Source of the DNA: Octopus sinensis
Taxonomy: Eukaryota
DNA: 64,000 bases
NCBI RefSeq assembly: GCF_006345805.1
Contig: NC_042998.1
Span: 127,968,001 to 128,032,000, forward strand
Direction: 5' to 3'
The notes under the pieces: generated by a model
The model's input: only the letters and a program-made list of their open reading frames with translations
Databases searched by the model: none
Told to the model about the DNA's origin: nothing
Program-made: the position numbers and the translations under genes
Shown here: positions 1 through 12,906 of the stretch, piece after piece
Layout: each line of letters starts with the position of its first letter
How positions within the stretch are numbered: position 1 is the first letter of the stretch

Positions 1-420
1 TTTTTACTGTTTTGTTCTTACTGTCCTGTTCTTGTTACCACTTTCACCCTCCGCAAAAAATCCCAAATTTTATTTAATTTGCTTTGCGGGATTGACTGTT
101 TCAGCAAAGTCGTATCTTGTCCTTGCCTTCGTAACGTGGAGTAGTTGAAACAGGGACAAATGAAGAAGGGGAATATTCTTTATGTTGTATGTCTCGTTTC
201 TCTGTTTGTTTGTTTCCTTGTTCGGAAAAATGTTCGTTTCTATGTTTTTGTTTTTATGTTTTCCTCTCTCATTGTGTTCAATGTTTTTTTATGCCCTGTA
301 CTCATATATGCATGTATACATACATATAAATGTAGGTATGTACAAATATGTATGTACATATGCATATATTATATATTATTTATATCATCATATGATCGAA
401 CGCCACGCATCCTTTTCCAA
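1..420 (+). mobile_element. Penelope-pLTR-like non-coding repeat (family B1), copy 1
   Basis: Reverse complement of 22590-22935 (shared 'ccctccgcaaaaaatcccaaattttatttaattt' and 'gaagaaggg-aatattc'); runs into a (TA)n tract; contains a degenerate permuted HHR at 96-171. Confidence 0.6.
96..171 (+). ncRNA. Degenerate non-circularly permuted hammerhead ribozyme (B1)
   Basis: ATC(114-116)+ttgtccttg pairs with cagggacaa(151-159)+ATGAAGA; ccttc-GTAAC at 126-135; two core substitutions. Confidence 0.5.
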
Positions 421-425
421 GTATA

Positions 426-465
<40 letters not shown>

Positions 466-865
466 TCTTTTACTCTTTTACTTGTTTCAGTCATTTGACT
501 GTGGCCATGCTGGAGCACCGCCTTTAGTCGAGCAAATCGACCCCAGGACTTATTCTTTGTAAGCCTAGTACTTATTCTGTCGGTCTCTTTTGTCGAACCG
601 CTAAGTTAGGGGACGTAAACACACCAGCATCGGTTGTCATGTGATGCTGGGGGGGGACAAACACAGACACACAAACATATACACACACATGCATATATAT
701 AAATATACATATATACGACGGGCTTATTTCAGTTTCCGGTCTACCAAATCCACTCACAAGGCTTTGGTTGGCCCGAGGGTATAGTAGAAGACACTTGCCC
801 AAGGTTTCACGCAGTAGGACTGAACCCAGAACCATGTGGTTCGTAAGCAAGCTACTTATCACACA

Positions 866-870
<5 letters not shown>
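466..870 (-). mobile_element. tRNA-derived SINE, family S2
   Basis: Head 'ggctgtgtg..gttcagtcc', body 'gggccgaccaaagccttgtgagtggatttggtagac', tail 'ctccagcatggccacagtcaaatgactgaaacaag'; many homologous copies in the window. Confidence 0.85.
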
Positions 871-920
<50 letters not shown>

Positions 921-1457
921 GTATGTACATATTTATGTATGTATGTACATTGGCAGGAACAGCGTATTTCGTTTGGCAGCCGTACTATACTACTAAGCAT
1001 ATTAAAGTTTTATAAATCCAGTCTGTGTCCTACTTTTTGTGTTAGCACTGTGTTTCAATCACTTTTAAGTCATCTCTACTATAAAACTTTGAGCCAACCC
1101 TGAAAGTTGCGTTTCGGGTGCGAATGCGTCTAAGTAAACAATACGATCGAAGACAGACAATAATAAGTAATAGATGTATATGCATAATTCAGGAGTTATT
1201 GCTCCCTCTCTTCACCACATCCAACCCATTGACCATCCACGGACACATTGCGGAAATAGTCACACAGTTTTGGGGTTTAACAATATTGGATAGACCAATT
1301 TACATATTAAGCACATTCCTGGCAACCTGGCAAGTGCTATGTATATATTAATTGCTGGTAGGGACACCGTATTTCATTTTGTATCTATAATATAAAACAA
1401 GTCTATTAAAGGCTTATAAATCGATACTGCGTCCTACTTTTTTTATGTTATGTTAGC

Positions 1458-1499
<42 letters not shown>

Positions 1500-1608
1500 C
1501 TAATTTGGAGTATGAAAGGCCTCAGAGAGATTGGGATAGTGGGGAATGGGGGAAATGTTTAATCATGCGGCGTACATACTATTTTATTTATATATATATA
1601 TATTATAT

Positions 1609-1660
<52 letters not shown>

Positions 1661-1798
1661 AGTAGTTGAATGAATTATCTTGTTATGGATAATTCGGTTA
1701 ACCGATACCTGTGTAGCAAATTCACATCAGAGAAGACACGTTTGAAGTTACGTGCTTTCGTGTGGAAATTTGTATGTTTTTTTTTTAAATATAAATAA

Positions 1799-1967
1799 AT
1801 GAAAGAATGGAGTTGAACGACGAATTAACAAAATTCCTTTATTTTCGACATATGTTTCGAAGGCTGCATATTCCTAATTGCGAAGGAACAAGGAGTATAT
1901 TATGCCGCTTTCTCATCAGGAAAAGCAAGGAATTTTGTTAATTCGTCGTTCAACTCCATTCTTTCAT
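1799..1967 (-). ncRNA. Type I hammerhead ribozyme (family 1) within a 41-bp perfect inverted repeat
   Basis: Minus strand: ttttc-CTGATGA-g..(12-bp stem II)..c-GAAAC-atat-GTC-gaaaa; arms at 1799-1839 and 1927-1967. Confidence 0.8.
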
Positions 1968-1972
1968 ATATT

Positions 1973-2004
<32 letters not shown>

Positions 2005-2083
2005 CCAATATCTATTACCATAGGAGTTAACATAAGAAAGAACGACTGCATAAGTAATTTAGAGACTACTTAACGAAATATAA

Positions 2084-2106
2084 TAATGATGATGATGATG
2101 ATGATT

Positions 2107-2153
<47 letters not shown>
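2084..2153. repeat. (GAT)n microsatellite
   Basis: Direct reading. Confidence 0.95.
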
Positions 2154-2362
2154 AAAATAGGTATATGACTACGGTTGGAATCTTTAGGAGAATTAGGTGT
2201 GAATGAAGAAAATATTTGAATAAATAGCCGATTAAATAAACAGATACATGGTTGTTTTGTGAATAAAGGCTAAAGCTTTTAGATATTAGATATTATATGA
2301 TTACCACACATATCGCTCTCAGATATGAGTAGTGTTTATTATATGTCAACGGTGCATATAAC

Positions 2363-2580
2363 AAAGGCGGCGAGCTGGCAGAATCGTTAGCACGCCGGAC
2401 AAAACGCTTAGCGGCATTTCGTACGTCTCTATGTTCTGAGTTCAAATTCCACCGGAGTCTACTTTGCCTTTCATCTTTTCCGGGTCGATACAATAAGTGC
2501 AAGTTTATCGCTAAAATAAGTACCAGTTGAGTACTGAGATTGATGTAATCAAATTCACTTTTCCCTCGAATTTGCTGACC
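2363..2580 (+). mobile_element. tRNA-derived SINE, family S1
   Basis: 'aaggcggcgagctggcagaatcgttagcacgccgg...gagttcaaattcc...gactttgcctttcatc'; A-box and B-box-like head. Confidence 0.85.
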
Positions 2581-3023
2581 GAGTGCCCTTATTTCAAACC
2601 AATATTGGATATAATGATTTAGATACACATGGTACATTGATATTACTAATATTATATATCACACTACAAACAGGACTATGCTATTGATGGAACATCAACC
2701 CTCGCATTCATAGACAGTTCATGAAGTGTGTGAGGAAACGATGGCTGAGAAGCCAGTCTAGACAAGGGAATAACAGATCATTTCATTAACATTTTTTTGC
2801 CTTGTCATGGCTACCTGAAAGAGCCCTTAAGTTAGAAGTCTGGGTAACTATGTCTTCGTAAGGTTTCCACATGTAATTGTTGAAAGTATTCTGGAATATT
2901 TTTCTTTGTTTTGATCTTTTTCTTTTTAGTTATTTCTCCTTTTTATACGTTTCTCTTTTTTTTCATACAATCCTGCGCCACCCATGATCATTTCCACAAT
3001 CCTTTGAGATAAATAAGGAAAAC

Positions 3024-3025
<2 letters not shown>

Positions 3026-3089
<64 letters not shown>

Positions 3090-3090
3090 A

Positions 3091-3140
<50 letters not shown>
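3026..3140. repeat. (TTA)n/(TTG)n microsatellite
   Basis: Direct reading; source of the poly-N/L/T/I ORFs. Confidence 0.95.
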
Positions 3141-3142
3141 GA

Positions 3143-3340
3143 AAGGCGGCGAGCTGGCAGAATGGTTAGTGCGCTGGACGAAATTCCTAGCCTGTCGCTG
3201 CTCTTTCGCCCGTCGCTGCGATCTGAGCTCAAATTCTGCCGAGCTGCCGAGCTCAAAGTACCAGTGAAACACTGGGGTCGATATAATCGACTAGCCCCTC
3301 TCCCCAAAATTTCCGGCCTGGTGCCTATAGTAGAAAGGAT
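3143..3340 (+). mobile_element. SINE family S1
   Basis: Same head and body as the 2363 copy. Confidence 0.8.
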
Positions 3341-3583
3341 TATTATTATTATTATTATTGATTTCAAATGTTGGCACAAGTGCTAAACTGATTCTCATTA
3401 CATTGACCCCAATGACTCAAATGGTACTCATTTCATCGACCTCGAAACGATGAAAGGCAGACTTTGAACATTATTATGAAATGAATACTAGCTGAGCCAA
3501 AATGTCAAAGGATTATTAGATTTATGTGATCATAAGCAATTCCTCATCACACAGCTTAAATTTACTTAGCTTATCTTATAGAT

Positions 3584-4052
3584 GCAGACGTGGCTATGTG
3601 GTAAGCCGTTTGTTTTCCAACTATATGGTCCTGGGTTCTGACCCACTGCGAGGCACCTTGGGCAAATATCTTCTACTATAGCTTTGGGCATACCGAAACC
3701 TTGTGAGTGGATATGGTAGACAGAAACTGAAAAAAGCCTATCTTGTATATATATATATGCACGAAATTCTCGGTTCTTGAGTCATTTCGTTGCCTCTGCT
3801 AAATATTAAAAAGCAAGAATATACATATGCCCACACAGTATACTTATATACACGCGCGGGTGTGTGTCCAATACTACCGCTTGACACCCGGTGCTGGTAT
3901 GTTTACGTGTCTTCAACTTAGTGGTTCGGCAATGCAGCCGATAGAATAAGTACCAGACTTAAAAGAACAGCACGAATATACCTTCGACAAAAATTCTTCA
4001 AGTCGGTGCCCTAATATGGTCTCAGTCTGATGACTGAAAAAACCAAGAGGTA
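3584..4052 (+). mobile_element. SINE family S2 (split by low-complexity sequence)
   Basis: Head 3584-3745, tail 3862-4052. Confidence 0.75.
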
Positions 4053-4257
4053 AAAAATGTCTGTGTGTGTGTGTGTGTGTGTTGTGTGTGTGCGTGTGCG
4101 TGCGTGTGTGTTTATGCTTCAACGCGTGCGCGTCTGTGTGTACTCTTATATAAGCATGTTTCCATAGATACATTTATAGATATAAGTAAGAATTCACATG
4201 TGCTTATAAGATCAGAGGAGAGACAAGGGAGGGATTTATATTTACTCACATAGGTGC

Positions 4258-4258
<1 letters not shown>

Positions 4259-4355
<97 letters not shown>
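4259..4355. repeat. (GATA)n microsatellite; similar tracts near 9750, 16150, 44340, 45960, 52270, 60020
   Basis: Direct reading. Confidence 0.95.
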
Positions 4356-5118
4356 GTGTGTCGTATATATATATATTGCGTTCGAACACATGCGTTTATC
4401 ATCCAGGTACTTCTGTACTCATATTCATATCCCCTTATATTTATATTAATCCATTTCTGATTCTGAACTATACAATCAAATGAAATAATTTTAATAATGC
4501 ACGATGTATGGACACGTGTTGAGGCAACGTGTTGCAATAAAACTTGAAGAAACGGATCAACTTAAATACCACAACTTCATTTGTAATTCACCCTTCTACT
4601 GGGGTGTTATTGGCATTTCAATAACTGTTCATGAATCATATCGCCTGCTTGCAAGAAAATCTATGTAGAGTGAAAATTAGGATTGGCTGGTTTTCATTGA
4701 TATTCTAAATATTGTGCCAATACAGAGAATAGAATGAAGGAAGATAGTAGTTGACGGAGTAAAGATATTTATGTAATGCCTTCAAAACTGATCTGGAAAT
4801 ATGCCAAAATATCGACATGTTATTGTCTTTGATACATTGGTTCATTCAGTCTCGTGACGAATTATCCAATTACATATATGCATGTACAAACCAAGCCTAA
4901 AATGTCATTTGTATATGTACATGAATATGTGTGTGTGAGCGTGTGTCTGTACGAGCATAGGTATATCTATATGTATGTTTTTATAGTTAGGATATCAAGC
5001 CTACAAAGTACTTAGTGGCTTTATAATTTAAAATATGTGGTATATGTGCATGTGTATACAACTACATAGACACGAAAGTATGTATGTATATACATGTGTA
5101 TCGTACGAATGTATGCGA

Positions 5119-5278
5119 GAGTCTTGCTAACGAGCCACATGGTTCCGGGTTCAGTCCCACTGCGTGTCAACTTGGGGAAGTGTCTTCTACTATAGCCTCG
5201 GGCCGACCAAAGCCTTATGAGTGGATTTGATAGACGGAAACTGAAAGAAGCCCGTCGTATATATGTATATATATATAT

Positions 5279-5329
<51 letters not shown>

Positions 5330-5521
5330 TGTGTTTGGTCCCCCCAACATCGCTTGACAACCGATACTGGTGTGTTTAAGTCGCCGTAACATAGCGGTCC
5401 GGCAAAGGAGACCGATAGATTAAGTACTAGGCTTACAAAGAATAAGTATTGGAGTCGATTTGGTCGACTAAAGGCGACGGTCCAGCATGGCCACAGTAGA
5501 ATGACTGAAACAAGTAAAAGA
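5119..5521 (+). mobile_element. SINE family S2 with internal (TG)n
   Basis: Homologous to the 466-870 copy. Confidence 0.85.
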
Positions 5522-5935
5522 GTAAGATAGTAAAGAGAGTATATATATTGACCACAATAATCTAATTCGTTTAGTCTTTCGTTGATCGAGAAGAAGCACG
5601 CGTAAACCATTAACCACTCCACATAGAACAAAAGCGAACACATACGAGGTACAATATCGATACACTAACATAATGTTAAATTGTGAATTTTTTTTTTTTT
5701 TTTTGGACTTCAGACAGAACACCAACGACTCCAGTAAATGTATATCTCTCGAATCACGTTTTCTTTCCTCAGTCGAGTTCCATATATATATACATATATT
5801 TGGAACTCGGCTGAGGAAAGAAAACTCCGAATGACCGTCCTTGTTTTCTTTGTATCGTCTATCTGGATGTTTTGTTGTCTTTTTCTTGTATCACCAAACT
5901 GTCTGTATTGTTTTGCGTTCTTGTCCCTTTTTATG

Positions 5936-5981
<46 letters not shown>

Positions 5982-5984
5982 TAC

Positions 5985-6611
5985 TGTAGGATAATTTTTT
6001 TTCGAAAAAAAAAATTTATCAATGGCCAGCATATTAAAAGATACCTTTAAATGTTAAAATTATAAACAACTTATAAATAAGGGCAAACGAAAAAATTTTC
6101 TAATGCCAAATATGCCGAAATTGGACATATTGTCCATAACCATATAAGTTTTCACAATACGCACGCTACTCGAAAAAAGGGCGACAGAAATTTCTAAAAA
6201 ATTCCATTATTACCATATCGGACCGATATCAGGGTTAGTTCGTAAGAACCCTCCCTTCGTCAGTGATAAATGTGGCAAAGAAATAAATGAGACACTTACT
6301 CATACCCATGGAAGAAGCAAAACACTAAGTCATGAGCACAACTAAGTACCCGAAATAACATCCCAAATAGAAATACTCCAGCCCATTCAAGACACGTGCG
6401 ATTTGAACTGAGGCTCTCACAGAGTGAGAGTATCCGGAAGTGAAAACTATTAAATTTATATTTAATGTAGGATAAAATTTTTTCGAAAAAAAATGTTAAC
6501 CTTTAAAGGTATTTTTCAAAGGTATTTAAAAATGTTAACCTTTAAAGGTATTTTTAAAGGTATTTTTTAAAGGTATTTTTTAATATGCATCGATAAATTT
6601 TTTTCGAAAAG

Positions 6612-6612
<1 letters not shown>
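5985..6612 (-). mobile_element. pLTR-like element with inverted ends and a degenerate HHR at 6215-6270
   Basis: 5998-6050 is inverted relative to 6565-6612; direct partial repeat at 6467-6495; minus-strand CTGACGA-aggg..ccct-GATAT-cg-GTC. Confidence 0.5.
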
Positions 6613-6647
<35 letters not shown>

Positions 6648-7751
6648 ACAACATGTGTATGTGAGAGCGTGCATCATTGCGTGCGTGTGCATTACACATT
6701 TTCCTTTCCTGATAGCATTTCTTATTTCAGTTGATAAATCACAAGATAACACATGCTACCTAATAAATGCATTTATAGAGTTATAGATTCCGTCAATATT
6801 ACCATTGAACAAGCATTCAAATACACTAATAAACTATGGAGGATACTAAAACCATCATATAATGCCGTGAGACACACAGCATGATATTGATTGTATGATC
6901 TTGTATATTAAAACCATGCAAATAATTACGCGATAATTTCTAACATTTCTTTTGAGAGAAAAACCTAGGTACTGATTTGTGGTAGAATATTGACTCTTAA
7001 CAGCCGAGCCTGTCATATGCATGTGACTTCTAATATATAAATATAGCGGGAAGCTATTGCTGTCGAAGTAAAACTTATTATATTTTATTCATGCGATAGA
7101 AAACGCAATCTAAATTCTCAGCTTGTTGTTGCTTATTTGTGTATTCCAGTGCAACTCCAACCGAAATCATTCACTAAATATATATACATAACACTACATT
7201 ACCGAACGTGTCCAATTATTTTAAAGAGAGAATGATTTTATTCGTATCCCCACGTATGTGTTCATGCGCCTGTTTCCATGTACACACACGCGCTCGCACG
7301 CACGTATATGAATTGAATGATTTCAAAATATCGCCATTTGTTTCGACTTCATTATTACAACGTATACGACTCAAAGCTAGTACTGACTCAACCAACCTTC
7401 GCACTGATAGAAAGGGATAACCATCCCTCTGTTACACATCCATTAATGTTATATTGCCTGAATAAAGGAATCCATAAAAATGATGAACCCGATGCCCACG
7501 AATATGGACTGTGATCTTAAGAGAAATGTAATTTGGGAAATTCCATCTAAGGATTATTGTAATTACTATATATATCCTACATTAAATCATGATAGCTCGA
7601 TCAACCCCCAAATACTGGTTCACCAGTCCGCATCACTAGATTGTGGTGGCATAACGGAATAGGAAGTATATTTGCATATTCAAAACGTTTCACGCAAATA
7701 TATATAGAAGATATATATACATTCATGCATATGTGTATGAGTATATATATA

Positions 7752-9043
7752 CGAGGGGCGTTCAATAAGTAATGCTCGTGACCCACTTACAATTATTTGA
7801 TCTAGCTGAAATTTTGCATGTGCAATTATTTATATCTCTAGAGATTAAGTGGCAAATTACAGCTCTGAACTAATTGTGGTTTCTGATTTACAGGTGTTTG
7901 AACTGAGTCAAGTGTGAAATGGAGCCTGTTGAGTGTCGAGCAGTGATCCGGTTTTTGTATTTGAAAGGACGCACACCACAGGAGACTTTTGATGAAATGA
8001 AAGTAACTTATGGTGATGATGCCCCATCATATGACCTTGTAAAATGATGGCATCGTGGATTCAAACATGGTTGGAACTCTGTGGAAACAGCTCCCAGATC
8101 TGGTCGCCCCCCTTCTGCCATTGATGAGGCATCTGTCCGTCAAGTTGAGGCTGCCATTTTGGAAGATCGATGCATAACTATTCGCCAAATAGCCCATGAG
8201 GTCAAGATTAGTACCAGGTCTGTGGAAACTATCATTCATGACCATTTGCATATGCAAAAGGTGTCTGCTAGATGGATTCCCAGGTTGCTCACACCTTTCC
8301 AGAAGCAAGAACACGTCGAGTGCTTGAGGATGAATTTGGAGATGTGCCAAGAAGATGAGTCAAAATTTTTCAAAAGACTGATTACACAGGATGAAACCTG
8401 GGTCCATCACTATGATCCAGAGACCAAAGCCCAGTCAATGCAGTGGAATCACCGTGACTCACTTCCTCCAAAGAAGGCAAGGGTGCAGCCCTCCGCTGGC
8501 AAGGTCATGCTCACAGTCTTCTGGGACCAGGACGGAGTAGTGATGACAGATTTCCTGGCAAAGGGTACCACAATTACAGGAGCCTATTATGCTTCACTTT
8601 TGAGGAAATTAAGAGAAACTATCAAAATCAAGAGGCGGGGCAAGATCAGCAAAGGCATCCTCCTCCTGCAGGACAACGCTCCGGTCCACAACTCGCTTGT
8701 CGCCAGATCAGAAGCACAGGCGTGCGGCTATGAACTCCTCCCCATCCCCCCTACTCTCCTGACCTTGCACCCTCTGATTTTCACCTCTTCCCAGCCATGA
8801 AGTTGATTCTGAAAGGAAAGCGTTTCCCAGATGATGCAGCCTTTATTTCTGAAGTCACGTCGTGGGTGGAGGACCAAACTGGGGTCTTCTACAAAAACGG
8901 TCTCCAGAGCTGCATCAAACGATGGGAGAAATGCGTAAATCTGGGTGGTTCCTATGTAGAAAAAGACTAATAACTTTGCCAAGTTTCGTTGCTCTACTGC
9001 AATGGGAAGTGGATCAGGGGCATTACTTATTGAACGCCCCTCA
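7752..9043 (+). mobile_element. Full-length mariner (Tc1/mariner, DD34D) transposon
   Basis: 24-bp TIRs cgaggggcgttcaataagtaatgc / gcattacttattgaacgcccctca; TA target duplication; 1292 bp. Confidence 0.95.
7919..8970 (+). pseudogene. Mariner transposase pseudogene
   Basis: MEPVECRAVIRFL..., WIPRLL, QDETWVHHY, QDNAPVH, YSPDLAPSDFHLF motifs; stop at 8045-8047 and a frameshift near 8750. Confidence 0.93.
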
Positions 9044-9054
9044 TATATATATAT

Positions 9055-9089
<35 letters not shown>

Positions 9090-9204
9090 CAGCAAAACCA
9101 ATGAATATGGTACTTAACTTAGATGCACCAGAATTCTTTATGGTATTAACCATAAAAATATGTGGGGTGATTATAACCAAGAAAAAAGTAACAAGAATGG
9201 ATCA

Positions 9205-9299
9205 GTAATTTAGTACAATTGTTTCATACTAAGAATACTTTATTTAAAGCTGCAAACATTACAGCAAATATAATGTCAAGTATTCATCAGCTAAATCAC
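9205..9299 (-). ncRNA. Type I hammerhead ribozyme (family 4)
   Basis: gtgatttag-CTGATGA-atac..gtat-GAAAC-aatt-GTA-ctaaattac. Confidence 0.85.
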
Positions 9300-9588
9300 A
9301 TATATGTTTTCCAAACATCCTAGAGAGTGTAAATATCCTTATGAAGTGAACTGAACCAGTTTGTTAACAACACCTTTCCTCATGTTTCCTGGAATTTATA
9401 TCAACACCTTTATGGTTGAATTTACCTTCTCTGGGAAGTTAATAATCATTTAAAAATTTTTTTTTTAAACTGTGCATTGTTGGAAAACATATAAAGTCTG
9501 CTTATTACCTTACTTTAAATTCATAGAACTCACCCTGAATACTTCATAAGGATATTTACTCTCTCTAGGATGATTGGAAAACATATAT

Positions 9589-9683
9589 GTGATTTAGCTG
9601 ATGAATACTTGACATTATATTTGCTGTAATATTTGCAGCTTTAAATAAAATGTTCTTAGTATGAAACAAGTGTACTAAATTAC
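9589..9683 (+). ncRNA. Type I hammerhead ribozyme (family 4)
   Basis: gtgatttag-CTGATGA(9598-9604)-atac..gtat-GAAAC(9663-9667)-aagt-GTA(9672-9674)-ctaaattac. Confidence 0.85.
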
Positions 9684-9712
9684 TGATCCATTCTTGTTAC
9701 TTTTTTCTTGGT

Positions 9713-9825
<113 letters not shown>

Positions 9826-9958
9826 AAGTAATGGCTATCAGACGTCAAAGAGAAAAAAACAATCACAAAAGTCACTAAAAAATCGTACATCTATTGCGAA
9901 AAACGAAATTACTTTCTTGCCAACCCAATATATATATGTGTGTGTGTGTGTCTATATA

Positions 9959-10025
<67 letters not shown>

Positions 10026-10278
10026 TATATATAGTGGCATTTTCAAAAACAAATATATATATATTATATATTATATATTTGAGTAATTGAATGAATTATC
10101 TTATTAAGGATAATTCGAAAGATAACCGATACCTGGGTAGCAAATTCACATCAGAAAGAACACGGTTGAAGCTACGGCCCTAGGGCATAGACTACGTGTC
10201 TTCGTGCGGAAATTTGTATGTTTATTTTAAAATTATAAGTATATGAAAGAATGGAGTTGAACGACTAGTTAACAAATA

Positions 10279-10375
10279 TCCTTTATTCTCGACATATGTT
10301 TCGAAGGTTGCATATTCCTAATTCCGAAGGAATAAGGAGTACATTATGCATATTTCTCATCAGGAAAATCAAGGA
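10279..10375 (-). ncRNA. Type I hammerhead ribozyme (family 1), copy 2
   Basis: ttttc-CTGATGA..CGAAAC-atat-GTC-gagaa; stem II more degenerate; element homologous to 1660-1930. Confidence 0.7.
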
Positions 10376-11244
10376 ACTTATGTCGACATCAAAATGCACA
10401 AAAAGCTTTTAGATGACCGCTCTCAAGGAGCCCATGGCGATAATGAGTGTCTCTTTATAATGAGTGACGTCAGAGTGGCTGAATGTAGAAGAATCTAGAA
10501 GTTTCTAAAGGTTCGAGAATTCAAACGAAGTAGGAGGAGGGAGGCATAAGAATAGTAAGGTGAGAGAGTGCAGGTCAAAAGAATGGTGGGTTTAAATGAT
10601 TTCTTTTGTGAATGAGTGCCTGTGTATGTGACTGTATATAACTGTCTTAATGTGTGTATGTGTGTGTCTGAATGTGTGATTGTGTTTGTGGATGGGTAGA
10701 TGTCAGAAAACTGACAGCTGTGAGGTGAAAGGTCTGTGTCTGTGTGTTCGATTATGTTTACTGTAGAGAAAGGAAAGTAGATAGCGAAAGGGAGAAAGAA
10801 TCGGGCGAGGTGAGAGGCAACGCAAGGATGGATAGTAGTAATTGAGAATATAAGAAAATCTTTTTGACTATTGGGGTGAAATATAGGAAAAATTTTTTTT
10901 TAAATCGAGGGGTTATCTATATTAGTCACTATTTATATGAGTGAAAGGTGTGTCTTTTCCAGTGTAAACACCCGTAGGATCTTTCGACGATTGTGTTTAT
11001 TATCATGAGTAACCATGATTTTCTTAATTTCCAAGTTGGCTTTTCTAAGTGTATCCTTATTCGTAGTTCTGTAATTCTTCTGTAAGGAGCGTTAAATTCC
11101 GTAAATCGCCCGTTAGGTATAAACAACTTAGATACCTCAACAAAATTACCAAAGATATAAACAGCTCAGACGCTATATACATATATAAATTCCTCTATTT
11201 ACATAATATCGAGGTCTCATTCTTTTGTTGACATCTTATTATTG

Positions 11245-11279
<35 letters not shown>

Positions 11280-11467
11280 AGAGAGAGAGATACAGAGAGA
11301 GAGAGAGACATACATAACGATATGACCTTATATATATGCACACCCTTACACATACTTTTTATATGTGTGCGTGTGCGTGCGTATTTACGTATGCCTATGT
11401 GTATGTATTTATGTGTATGTGTGTCTATAAATGTATACGTTATTTATCTATACGTACATACATATGT

Positions 11468-11521
<54 letters not shown>

Positions 11522-11677
11522 TGTGTGTGTGTGTGTGTGTACCTACGTTTATTAACATATACTGCCTCAGTTGTTCCGATTCTCAACTTTTATAAGCTCG
11601 TATATATGCATATTTCTACCTTTTTTTATAGATGTTTATTCTTATATGCGATATCATATATTCTTTTCTTCTCAAGG

Positions 11678-11875
11678 TACAAGGCCCGCAAAAGGAAGGG
11701 GAAAAGTCGATCAGATTGACCCCAGTACGCAACTAGTGCTTAATTTATCGACACCGAAATGATGAAAGGCAAAGTTGACCTCGGCGGAATTTGAACTCAG
11801 AACGTAAAGACAGACGAAATACTGCTAAGCATTTCGCTCGGCTTGCTAACGTTTCTGCCAGCTCGTCGCCTTTAC
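11678..11875 (-). mobile_element. SINE family S1
   Basis: Reverse complement of the S1 consensus. Confidence 0.85.
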
Positions 11876-12416
11876 GAGATCATATATTAGCGTCTGTATA
11901 TGCCTTCATTTAACTTTCGCAATTTAATAGAAACTAATTAACAAATGTTTAATTTATTTAAAATAATTTATCACATGCTATGACAAGTTGATATATGACG
12001 TATGTGTGTGTGTCTGTGCGTGTGTTTGTGTAGGTAATTTAATTCATTGAATGGCATAAACTGTTTCCTTAGCGTGTATAGTTTATGTATACACATACCT
12101 GTATGTATGTATGTATGTATGTATGTATGTATGTATGTATGTATGTATGTATGTATGTATGTGTATGTATGTATATATGTATGTATGTATGTATTTATGT
12201 ATGTATGTATGTGTATACGTATGTATGTATGCATGCTTCTACCTATGTATGTATACATACATCCATTTTAAGCTTATAATCCTTATCATCTCTCCTAAAA
12301 CTAATTAGTACAACTGATAACCTATCTCCTAGATGTTAATACTAATTATAAACTTTAAAATTTTTATACAATATTTTAGTCACCGACTTGTCATTCATTC
12401 AAGATGTTAAAGGCGA

Positions 12417-12906
12417 CGAGATGGTAGAATCGTTAGCACGCCGGACGAAATTCTTAGCGGTAATGACTACGGGAGTCTTTATAGAAGAGAAATATTTTAA
12501 AAAATGTAATTTCGTGGCAATGAGAGAGGGGTTGAAGTAAAACTACTTAAACCAGACCAATAATCTAACAAACTCGCTTTTCAACATGTTTTAAGAGAGA
12601 AAGAACACAAAGAAGGGTATCAACCTAAATGAGACAATATTTTTTCACACACAGGTAAATACGAGATGGTAGAATCGTTAGCACGCCGGACGAAATTCTT
12701 AGCGGTAATGACTACGGGAGTCTTTATAGAAGAGAAATATTTTAAAAAATGTAATTTCGTGGCAATGAGAGAGGGGTTGAAGTAAAACTACTTAAACCAG
12801 ACCAATAATCTAACAAACTCGCTTTTCAACATGTTTTAAGAGAGAAAGAACACAAAGAAGGGTATCAACCTAAATGAGACAATATTTTTTCACACACAGG
12901 TAAATA
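12417..12906. repeat. 245-bp direct tandem duplication (SINE head fused to LINE tail)
   Basis: 'cgagatggtagaatcgttagcacgccggacgaaattc' at 12417 and 12662. Confidence 0.9.

Noticed and set aside
1090-1135. CTGAAAG..GAATGCGTC between ~100-bp direct repeats (951-1050 and 1352-1458)
   Set aside because: Core too degenerate and no stems
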